A DNA stretch of 64,000 bases from Candidatus Omnitrophota bacterium (GTDB lineage Bacteria; Omnitrophota; Gorgyraeia; Zapsychrales; Zapsychraceae): contig JAJDCB010000024.1 in NCBI GenBank assembly GCA_029261065.1, positions 102,364-166,363 on the forward strand, in the 5' to 3' direction. Every line of letters begins with the position of its first letter. Position 1 is the first letter of the stretch. The translations under genes and the position numbers were made by a program. Below the pieces are notes generated by a model, which was given only the letters and a program-made list of their open reading frames with translations, was not told the origin of the DNA and ran no database searches. Shown here piece by piece: positions 10,372-18,490 of the stretch.

Positions 10372-11487
10372 TTATTTTTCTATTGGATCATACCAAATCC
10401 TATAAATGGCATTGGCATAATCATCTGAAATAAGTAACGCCCCATCAGGCATAACTAAAACATCAACTGGGCGTCCCCAAGGCTTTTCTCCTTCTAACCA
10501 ACCTTCAGCAAAAACTTCGTAATTTACGGGCTTGTTGTTTTGAAGTGTTACTAATGTAATGCGATATCCAATCTTTTTACTTCTATTCCATGATCCATGT
10601 TCTGCTATAAAAATTTGATTGTGATAATTCTCTGGAAACATCTCTCCTGTATAAAATCTCATTCCTAAACTAGCAACATGTGGGCCCAATTCTTGGGCTG
10701 CAGGAGTAAATTCATCACATTTTTCTTTTTTTCCAAACTTTGGATCCGCAATATTTTTACCATGACAATAAGGAAAACCAAAATGCATCCCCTTCTTCGG
10801 CGCATGGTTTAGTTCATCTGGTGGGAGCTCATCTCCTAGCCTATCGCGACCATTGTCCGTAAACCACAACTCATTATTTTTGGGATGCCAGTCAAATCCA
10901 ACAGAATTACGAATTCCTTTTGCATATATTTCCTGATTTTGACCCGTTTTATCCATTCGCATAATCGAAGCAAAACGATCATCCTTTTTTTCACAAACGT
11001 TGCAAGGGGCCCCCACAGGAACATAAAGTTTTTCATCAGGTCCAAAACGAATAAATTTCCATCCATGCCATTTTTCTTTTGGGAGTTGATCATAAACAAC
11101 TATAGGTTTAGGCGGTGCTGACAGATGTTCTTCAATATTGACTAATTTCGTTATTCGACTAATTTCGCTTATATATAAATCTCCATTTTTATAAGCCACA
11201 CCATTTGGAGAATTTAGGCCTTCGGCCAAAATATATATTTGATCCGCTTTGTTATCCTTATTTCTATCAACAATGGCATAAACTTTATCTAGTTTTCGTG
11301 TTCCTACAAAAACGACACCGGAATCGCTCAAACTTAGACTTCTTGCATTAAAAACATTTTTAGCGTAAAAATCTATATGAAAACCATGGGGAAGTTTAAT
11401 TTTATCTAAGGGTGACGCATAAGTGAGGCTTACAAATGGAAGAGTATAGATAAGGAAGATGAAACTAGATCTTAGAAACACATTCAT
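10372..11487 (-). CDS. Exported glucose/sorbosone dehydrogenase family (PQQ-type beta-propeller) protein
   Basis: Signal peptide; HGWKFIRFGPD, GAPCNVC, GIRNSVGFDW, DNGRD, AEHGSWNR, GRPVDV and DGALLISDD. Confidence 0.88.
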   Translation of the reverse strand: MNVFLRSSFIFLIYTLPFVSLTYASPLDKIKLPHGFHIDFYAKNVFNARSLSLSDSGVVFVGTRKLDKVYAIVDRNKDNKADQIYILAEGLNSPNGVAYKNGDLYISEISRITKLVNIEEHLSAPPKPIVVYDQLPKEKWHGWKFIRFGPDEKLYVPVGAPCNVCEKKDDRFASIMRMDKTGQNQEIYAKGIRNSVGFDWHPKNNELWFTDNGRDRLGDELPPDELNHAPKKGMHFGFPYCHGKNIADPKFGKKEKCDEFTPAAQELGPHVASLGMRFYTGEMFPENYHNQIFIAEHGSWNRSKKIGYRITLVTLQNNKPVNYEVFAEGWLEGEKPWGRPVDVLVMPDGALLISDDYANAIYRIWYDPIEK

Positions 11488-11494
11488 AGCAAGA

Positions 11495-11905
11495 TCATAT
11501 ATTTTTAGTTTTAGCTTTCAATTTAGGAATATTATTGTAGATAGCTTCTTTCATTTTCATAAGTTCAATGGGTTTATTAATAAAATCATTCATCCCAACA
11601 TCAAAACATTTTTCTTTAACGCCTCTTTCTGTAGAAGCTGTTAGGGCAACAATTGGCAAATCTTTACTTAATTCTTTACGAATAAATCGGGTAGTCTCTA
11701 ATCCGCTCATTTCCGGCATAAGCAAATCCATAAAACAAATATCATAATTATTTTCTTTAATTTTTTTAATGGCCTCCATCCCACTATTGGCTAAATCACA
11801 TTGACATCCTAAAACATCGATGTAGGCACTGATAACTTCACAGTTTGCGATCACATCATCTACAGCAAGTATTTTAATTTTTTTTAGTGCTTTATCTTTT
11901 TCCAT
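11495..11905 (-). CDS. Single-domain response regulator
   Basis: AVDD, FMDLLMP, ALTA and KP receiver motifs. Confidence 0.9.
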   Translation of the reverse strand: MEKDKALKKIKILAVDDVIANCEVISAYIDVLGCQCDLANSGMEAIKKIKENNYDICFMDLLMPEMSGLETTRFIRKELSKDLPIVALTASTERGVKEKCFDVGMNDFINKPIELMKMKEAIYNNIPKLKAKTKNI

Positions 11906-11925
11906 TAAGTCTCCTAAAACAGCAA

Positions 11926-13065
11926 TTAATGTTTAACGAGTGTTTGTTCAATCATTCCAACAAGCTTATTACTTTCTTTTAGTAAGGGCATATTAAAAAC
12001 ATCCACATAAGTCATCTCAAAACGGGTAATACCGCCTTTACCCATAATAGAGATATTTTCTATTGTCGGTAAGAAAAAATCCCAAACCATCTGGATCGTA
12101 TTAATTTGTTTTAAATGATTCTCGTCTGTTAGAGGCGTTAAATCTAGATCCTTACTTCCCTTTTGAAAACCAAACAAAGTATCAGAAAACAAATCTTTGG
12201 AAGCATTTAATGACTTTTGGTTTTTTTCAATATCAATTGAGAGGTAAACCAATAGAATTTCTTTAGAAATTTTCTGAGCCAGCATGCGTTGTTTTCCAGC
12301 TAAATTGAGTTTACTTGAATCTTTTGTGTTACCTTCCTCAGATAACGATTGCGAATCTTTTTCATACATTAAAACTGCTTTATTCATATTTTTAAGTAGG
12401 GTAACACTTTCGATACTTATACGAACTAATTCATCTTGGGTTAATTTATTGTTTTGAACAATTTTTAAATAAATGGGTTCAATCTTTTGAAAAAGTCCAT
12501 CAACAACCTCCAACTGTTGCTTAATCTCTTTACTATAACATTCTTCAAGGGCAAGGGAATCATCCCCCTCTTTTAAAGCCGCAAGCGTTTTCTTAAAGGC
12601 CTTTAAAGTTTTATCTAATTGATCACGATTAGATTGGATATCAATGTTTGATTGAACAAATAACGCTTCTTTAGCCATTTTCTGAGATAACATGCGTTGT
12701 CGACCAGCAAGATTAAGGGTGTGAGCAAATTGTTCTTTGGAAAACATTTTAATCTCCAGGACGGGCGCTGGAGGGGCAACAACAATGGGTGCAACAGCTT
12801 CTGGAATTGTCGCCAGCTCTTCAGCTTTAGGTTCAATAACCTCTGGGGATGGAGGTGTAACCGTTGCTTCAGATATTTCTTCTGGTACTATTTCAATTAC
12901 TGCTTCAGGTATTTCTTCAGGCGTTTTTTCAACAACAACCTTTAACTCCACAGCTTGTGGCTGAACTTCTTCTGCAGCAAGCTGTGATACAAAACAATAT
13001 TGAAAAAGTATTAAACAGATAATATATTTTAATAAATCTATATTTTTTAGTTCCTTAATTTTCAT
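11926..13065 (-). CDS. Exported protein with two NarX/PilJ-type sensor domains
   Basis: Signal peptide, Glu/Pro/Val-rich linker, then two P-box motifs (LNLAGRQRMLSQKMAKE and LNLAGKQRMLAQKISKE); no TM or output domain. Confidence 0.8.
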   Translation of the reverse strand: MKIKELKNIDLLKYIICLILFQYCFVSQLAAEEVQPQAVELKVVVEKTPEEIPEAVIEIVPEEISEATVTPPSPEVIEPKAEELATIPEAVAPIVVAPPAPVLEIKMFSKEQFAHTLNLAGRQRMLSQKMAKEALFVQSNIDIQSNRDQLDKTLKAFKKTLAALKEGDDSLALEECYSKEIKQQLEVVDGLFQKIEPIYLKIVQNNKLTQDELVRISIESVTLLKNMNKAVLMYEKDSQSLSEEGNTKDSSKLNLAGKQRMLAQKISKEILLVYLSIDIEKNQKSLNASKDLFSDTLFGFQKGSKDLDLTPLTDENHLKQINTIQMVWDFFLPTIENISIMGKGGITRFEMTYVDVFNMPLLKESNKLVGMIEQTLVKH

Positions 13066-13187
13066 TTTCTTCTCCCTCTGTCAGATTTTTTTCATGTTTA
13101 TAATTATAGTAACGGAAATACTATTAAATAAAAGTAAAATTCATAATATTACCAGAAGTAGAAAAAAGCTATTTCATTGTATACCAA

Positions 13188-15158
13188 TTACTTATCTTCA
13201 TATTTTTGTTTTAAAGCCTGAATAACATTTGGATCTGCAAGAGTCGTTACATCGCCTAATGCGCGACCTTCTGCAACATCACGTAATAATCGTCTCATAA
13301 TTTTTCCACTTCTTGTTTTAGGAAGTTCAGGGGTAAAAATAATAATTTTAGGACGAGCTATGGCACCAATTTTTTTTGCAACGTGTTCTTTTAGTTCTGA
13401 CTCCAGACTTTCTTCCGCTGAAATTTCTTCTTTTAGAATAACAAAAGCAGCAATCGCTTGGCCCTTTATTTCGTCTGTTATCCCCACCACAGCCGCCTCA
13501 GCTACAGATGAATGATCAACCAAAGCACTTTCAACCTCCATAGTTCCAATATTATGTCCAGCCACATTCATGACATCATCAACTCTTCCTAACAACCAAA
13601 AATACCCTTCTTTATCTTTGTTAGCCCCATCTCCTGGAAAATAAGTACCATCCCATTTGCTCCAATAAGTATCCTTAAACCTTTGATCATCTCCATAAAT
13701 CCCACGCAACATCGAAGGCCATGGCCGCGTAATGGCTAAATAGCCTCCTCCTTCTGTAAGCTCTTCACCGGTTTCATTTAATACGACAGCCTTGATGCCA
13801 GGTAAAGGTCTTGTAGCTGAACCGGGTTTGGTAGCTGTTAAACCAGGCAGTGGTGAAATCATAATACTTCCTGTTTCCGTTTGCCACCACGTATCAACAA
13901 TCGGAATTTTTTCCTTACCAATCTCCTTATGATACCAAATCCAAGCCTCAGGATTAATCGGTTCGCCCACGGTTCCTAATAACTTTAATGAAGACAAGTC
14001 AATATTGTCAATCCATTGGACACCCCATTTCATAAAAGCACGAATGGCTGTTGGTGCCGTATAAAAAACAGAGGCCTTATGTCGTTCAATAATTTTCCAG
14101 AAGCGATTTTTTTCAGGATAATCCGGCGTTCCTTCATAAATCACCTGTGTGACACCATTAGCCATAGGCCCGTATACGATGTAACTATGACCTGTGATCC
14201 AACCCACATCTGCCGTACACCAAAAAATGTCATCATCCGTTAAATCAAACACCATCTTTGATGTGGCTAAAACAGATGTCATGTATCCACCTGTTGTATG
14301 AATAATTCCTTTTGGTTTCCCTGTTGTACCAGAGGTATATAAAATAAATAAGATATCTTCCGAATCCATCTCCTCAGGCGGGCAGAAGTCATCAACGTTA
14401 GTCACTAAGTCATGATACCAATAATCTCTATTTGATTTCATTTCTATAGAATTGTCACATCGCTTCACAACAACAACATTTTCAATAGAAGGGCAGTCTA
14501 AAACAGCTTCATCGCACGTGCTCTTAAGCGGTATAATTTTTCCTCGACGGAAGCCACCGTCTGCCGTTATTAATAATTTTGCTTGTGCATCATTAATTCT
14601 ACCTTTAAGAGAATCAACACTAAACCCGCCAAAAACAACCGTGTGAATTGCGCCAATCCGTGCAGCTGCCAACATCGCATAGATAGCCTCAGGAATCATA
14701 GGCATATAAATAGCAATGCGATCTCCTTTTTTAATACCCAAAGATTTATAGACATTAGCCAACTTGTTAACCGCAAGATAAACATCATCATATGTTATCG
14801 TTAATACATCTTTAGGTTTTCCTTGGTCATTGGTCGGTTCCCCCTCCCAAACCAGGGCCGTTTTAGAACCCTTTCCATTTTTGACGTGACGATCCACACA
14901 GTTATAACAAGCATTTAATTTTCCCTTTATAAACCATTTGGCATACGGCGCCTTCCATTCTAAAATTTTCTCCCATGGAGATATCCAATCTAATTTTTTT
15001 GCCCATTGAGCCCAGTATTCTTCATAATTTGAATCCGCATCTTTATAAACCGAATCGTTATTATAAAAAGCCTGAGCCTGAAAATTTTTTGATGGTACAA
15101 ATTTTCGATTTTCTTCTAATAACACATCAACTGTTTGTTTGGTTTTAGAATCAGACAT
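13188..15158 (-). CDS. acs: Acetyl-CoA synthetase (AMP-forming)
   Basis: ILYTSGTTGKPKG, DTWWQTETG, GRVDDV and LPKTRSGKIMRR. Confidence 0.97.
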   Translation of the reverse strand: MSDSKTKQTVDVLLEENRKFVPSKNFQAQAFYNNDSVYKDADSNYEEYWAQWAKKLDWISPWEKILEWKAPYAKWFIKGKLNACYNCVDRHVKNGKGSKTALVWEGEPTNDQGKPKDVLTITYDDVYLAVNKLANVYKSLGIKKGDRIAIYMPMIPEAIYAMLAAARIGAIHTVVFGGFSVDSLKGRINDAQAKLLITADGGFRRGKIIPLKSTCDEAVLDCPSIENVVVVKRCDNSIEMKSNRDYWYHDLVTNVDDFCPPEEMDSEDILFILYTSGTTGKPKGIIHTTGGYMTSVLATSKMVFDLTDDDIFWCTADVGWITGHSYIVYGPMANGVTQVIYEGTPDYPEKNRFWKIIERHKASVFYTAPTAIRAFMKWGVQWIDNIDLSSLKLLGTVGEPINPEAWIWYHKEIGKEKIPIVDTWWQTETGSIMISPLPGLTATKPGSATRPLPGIKAVVLNETGEELTEGGGYLAITRPWPSMLRGIYGDDQRFKDTYWSKWDGTYFPGDGANKDKEGYFWLLGRVDDVMNVAGHNIGTMEVESALVDHSSVAEAAVVGITDEIKGQAIAAFVILKEEISAEESLESELKEHVAKKIGAIARPKIIIFTPELPKTRSGKIMRRLLRDVAEGRALGDVTTLADPNVIQALKQKYEDK

Positions 15159-15200
15159 ATCGACTCCTATTTTTTAAAAATATCAAACTACAAATTTAAT

Positions 15201-15740
15201 CTAACGAATGAGACTTAAAACTTTCTTAAAATGTTTATGTTCGGAACTTCGTAATAACTCACATATAATCATTTCGGTGTTTGTTAGGCCAGCGCCTATT
15301 GATTTCATACGGTTGATGGCACTTTTTTTGTTAAATATTGATCTAGAAGAAACGGCATCTTCAACAACTGCAACATTATATTTTGCATTTAATAAATCGA
15401 AGGCCGTTTGATAAACACATACATGTGTTTCAATACCACATACGATAATATCTTTACGTTTCAGAGCTTCTAATCTAGCTTTAAAAGTATCATTTAAATA
15501 GCAACTAAAAGATGTCTTGCTGATAGGTTCATCCTCATCAAAATAATGTGAAATGTGATCAATGGTTTTGCCGATCTTCTCTGGTACTTGTTCTGTAAAA
15601 ATGATTGGTATCTTCAGGATACGGGCCGACTTTACAAGATTAATAATATTGTTGTAGAGCTCGCCCTTTTCAATCATTAACGAAGCAAGCTTACCTTGTA
15701 CATCAATAACCACTAATATACTGTTTTCAATTTTAAACAT
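15201..15740 (-). CDS. Isochorismatase-family cysteine hydrolase
   Basis: VIDVQ, TEQVP, KTSFSC, GIETHVCVYQT and DAVSSR. Confidence 0.9.
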   Translation of the reverse strand: MFKIENSILVVIDVQGKLASLMIEKGELYNNIINLVKSARILKIPIIFTEQVPEKIGKTIDHISHYFDEDEPISKTSFSCYLNDTFKARLEALKRKDIIVCGIETHVCVYQTAFDLLNAKYNVAVVEDAVSSRSIFNKKSAINRMKSIGAGLTNTEMIICELLRSSEHKHFKKVLSLIR

Positions 15741-15747
15741 TTTTATT

Positions 15748-15781
15748 AAAAAAGGATAACTCTAATGAAATGAAGTTATCC
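15748..15781 (-). terminator. Putative Rho-independent terminator at the end of the che operon
   Basis: Minus strand GGATAACT-N12-AGTTATCC hairpin followed by TTTTTT, about 105 nt after the cheY stop. Confidence 0.5.
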
Positions 15782-15885
15782 GATTAATACCTTAATTGTA
15801 TGTAAATAACATATTTATTTGATTTTTTTAAGCATCTGCATTTTCTTCTATTTTAATGACGTAATATCATAAAAAAATGTTCCAA

Positions 15886-16248
15886 TCAAGTTAACGCCTT
15901 AGAAATCGCCTCAAGAACTCTTGCATCATCAAATGGTTTAACAACATAATCAACAGCCCCTAAACGAATTGCTTTCATTAAGGATTCTCTTTGGTCAATG
16001 GCTGTAACCATTATAATTTTTGCAGCCTTGTCAAAGGCAAGAATTTCTTCTAAAGCTTCAATACCAGTTTTCTCAGGCATAACTATATCCATTGTAACTA
16101 AATCAGGCTTTAGATCCTTGTATAACTTCACAGCTTCTTCACCGTTGTTCGCCTCACCTACAACCTCATAACCCTGTTCTGTCACAATATTCTTTAACTT
16201 TAAACGAATGATTGGCGCATCATCAGTTAATAATAATTTTTTTGACAT
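15886..16248 (-). CDS. cheY: CheY-type response regulator
   Basis: TDD, VTMDIVMP, VTA and VKPF; resembles Firmicutes/Thermotoga-type CheY; last gene of the che cluster. Confidence 0.85.
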   Translation of the reverse strand: MSKKLLLTDDAPIIRLKLKNIVTEQGYEVVGEANNGEEAVKLYKDLKPDLVTMDIVMPEKTGIEALEEILAFDKAAKIIMVTAIDQRESLMKAIRLGAVDYVVKPFDDARVLEAISKALT

Positions 16249-16265
16249 AACTATGCTCCATTTTT

Positions 16266-16916
16266 CTACTTTTCTTGCGCATAAAATTTAGTGGTAGATA
16301 TCCCCAATAATCGAATTTGTTCTATAATTTTTGCCATTTCATTGACGGATAACTGAAGATTTTTTACAAGAGGCTTTAAATCCTCCCTCTCCTCATCAGA
16401 TTTGAATTGATTTAATTTAGCTTCCAAAACGTCCAAAGACCCCATTAAGACTGCTAAGGGCTGACTTATTTTATTCGTATGCTCACCTGCCACATCTAAA
16501 ATTGACTTTGCAGATGTCATTTCAATGGCAATAAGATGCGTATTGACACGAGCTATTAATTCTTCAGAAGATGTCCCCTTTTGAACAAAATCATTTGCTC
16601 CGGTTTTTAATAACATCACTCTCACATCATGTGATTCATTAGCCGTAATCATAATAACAACAATATGTTGTAACTCTGGGTTCGAACGTACCTTTTTTAA
16701 AAGTTTTTCACCATTTATATCAGGCATTTCATAGTCGCATAAAACGAGATCTACCTTATTATTTTCTAAATATTTTAACCCCTCACTACCAGAACCAGCA
16801 ACTGAAACCGTATACCCAGCCCCATCTAACATCGCTTTGTAAAGATCTCGTGAAGCCTGGGCATCATCAACAACTAATATTTTGTAATCTTTCTTTTTTC
16901 TTTTTAGAATGACCAT
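16266..16916 (-). CDS. Response regulator with a C-terminal DHp (HisKA)-like helical hairpin
   Basis: Intact receiver (VVDD, LCDYEMP, ITA, QK) followed by TNKISQPLAVLMG, which resembles an H-box; no ATPase domain. Confidence 0.8.
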   Translation of the reverse strand: MVILKRKKKDYKILVVDDAQASRDLYKAMLDGAGYTVSVAGSGSEGLKYLENNKVDLVLCDYEMPDINGEKLLKKVRSNPELQHIVVIMITANESHDVRVMLLKTGANDFVQKGTSSEELIARVNTHLIAIEMTSAKSILDVAGEHTNKISQPLAVLMGSLDVLEAKLNQFKSDEEREDLKPLVKNLQLSVNEMAKIIEQIRLLGISTTKFYAQEK

Positions 16917-16943
16917 AGGTTCCTATTTTTGTTAGTAGCTCAA

Positions 16944-17351
16944 TTACACTAATTGAATATCTGATTCATTAAGCCTTGAATTTCTCAATTTTATTATTTC
17001 AATTATCTGTTTAAACATCTCCATATGAAAGGGTTTAAATATAAAATCTAGAGCCCCACTGCTTAATACTTCTTTAACTTGTGATTCTGTTGCATAACCA
17101 GCCATCATAACGGTAGTTAACAATGGATTACGCATGTGTATTGTTTTCATCAATGACATACCATTGATCATAGGAAGTCTCAGCTCTATTAAAACAACTT
17201 GATATTTCTTTTTACTCATTATTAGCATAGCTTCATCAGCATTAGAAGCAAAATCTGCACTAATATTATTAAGATTTAAATAATCAACAACGCACTTTGC
17301 AAATAATACATTGTTATCTACAACTAAAACATTGAAATCATTTGTTTTCAA
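16944..17351 (-). CDS. Atypical (pseudo) receiver domain protein
   Basis: Receiver pattern with VVDNN, VLIELRLP (Asp to Glu), MMAG (Thr to Ala) and KPF. Confidence 0.8.
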   Translation of the reverse strand: MKTNDFNVLVVDNNVLFAKCVVDYLNLNNISADFASNADEAMLIMSKKKYQVVLIELRLPMINGMSLMKTIHMRNPLLTTVMMAGYATESQVKEVLSSGALDFIFKPFHMEMFKQIIEIIKLRNSRLNESDIQLV

Positions 17352-17947
17352 ATTCCAGCCCCAAAACCTAGAATGCGTTCACTCCCATCAATTGGCAGTA
17401 AATACATATGACAGTTTAATTCTGTTTCAACAATCTCAAATAAACTTTCTATTAATAAAATTTTATCTTCCTGCAAAGCCATATCCATTATTAACTCAGA
17501 GAAAAGTGTTCCAGAGAAATCACGTATAACAGAAGGTGGCTCAGGTAACATCTTTATCTGAAAGTCTGATGCAAAAACATTAGAGATGGCACTTGATAAT
17601 ATATTACCAATTTCCTGAACAGTACTTGAAACATATTCATCATATGCTTTTGTTGTACCAACCTTTTGTCCTATAAATAGATCTGTTAATATGAAAGCAT
17701 CTTCTAGTTGAACATAAAATAAAAATTTAAAGGGCGCATCGCCCGACAACAAAATAAATGATCCAATGGCCTCGAAGTCAGATTGATTTACGCTAGCCGT
17801 TATCTCTGTAATATCTACAAAATTGACATTCTTTAATTCAATTTTTGCAGTTGTGTTAAGCATCTTAGTCAATACTTCTGAGGATTTTTCAATGCTGTGT
17901 TCAGCGACTAGCTGTACCGCACGATTTACATTTTCATTTGATTCCAT
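17348..17947 (-). CDS. cheC: CheC-family CheY-P phosphatase
   Basis: STVQEIGNIL active-site motif and PPSV; adjacent to cheD. Confidence 0.85.
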   Translation of the reverse strand: MESNENVNRAVQLVAEHSIEKSSEVLTKMLNTTAKIELKNVNFVDITEITASVNQSDFEAIGSFILLSGDAPFKFLFYVQLEDAFILTDLFIGQKVGTTKAYDEYVSSTVQEIGNILSSAISNVFASDFQIKMLPEPPSVIRDFSGTLFSELIMDMALQEDKILLIESLFEIVETELNCHMYLLPIDGSERILGFGAGI

Positions 17948-17951
17948 TTAA

Positions 17952-18437
17952 TTAAAATTCCTCTGGTTCTTCACCAAAAACACGACAATGAACCTTACCA
18001 GTATCCAAAAAAAAATCAACTTGAACACCCTTATCTCCACCCGTTTTTGAGTTTATGATACGAATGTTGTGTTGTTTTAGAATAATTTTTGTAGCATCAA
18101 TGTTTTGTTCACCTATATTACTAGTTACCATCCTCAAAACTTTTCCTCCACCAAAAATCTTTGCCGTCAAAGAGTCTTTAGGGATTGTGTATTGTTTTTT
18201 CATTGATTCTAGTAAATCATGGATGCCTGTATCTGCAAACTTAGCACGTTTAAAAGTGGGTTTTTCATGATGACCGGATGAGTCCGGTAACATTATGTGC
18301 AGCATACCACCAATTTTTTTACTATCATCATATAAACATATGGCTATACACGAACCTAATGTTGTACGAATAACATATGGAGCTTCACCAATTTTATAGT
18401 CTCCTATACCAACGACTAACTTATTATTTTCTGTCAT
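17952..18437 (-). CDS. cheD: Chemoreceptor glutamine deamidase CheD
   Basis: LGSCIAICLYD, HIMLP, KFADTG, AKIFGG and IGEQN. Confidence 0.95.
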   Translation of the reverse strand: MTENNKLVVGIGDYKIGEAPYVIRTTLGSCIAICLYDDSKKIGGMLHIMLPDSSGHHEKPTFKRAKFADTGIHDLLESMKKQYTIPKDSLTAKIFGGGKVLRMVTSNIGEQNIDATKIILKQHNIRIINSKTGGDKGVQVDFFLDTGKVHCRVFGEEPEEF

Positions 18438-18490
18438 GTCTTAATTAGTAGTTTTGAATTTGAGATAGAATTTCGATAAGATAAACTTGT

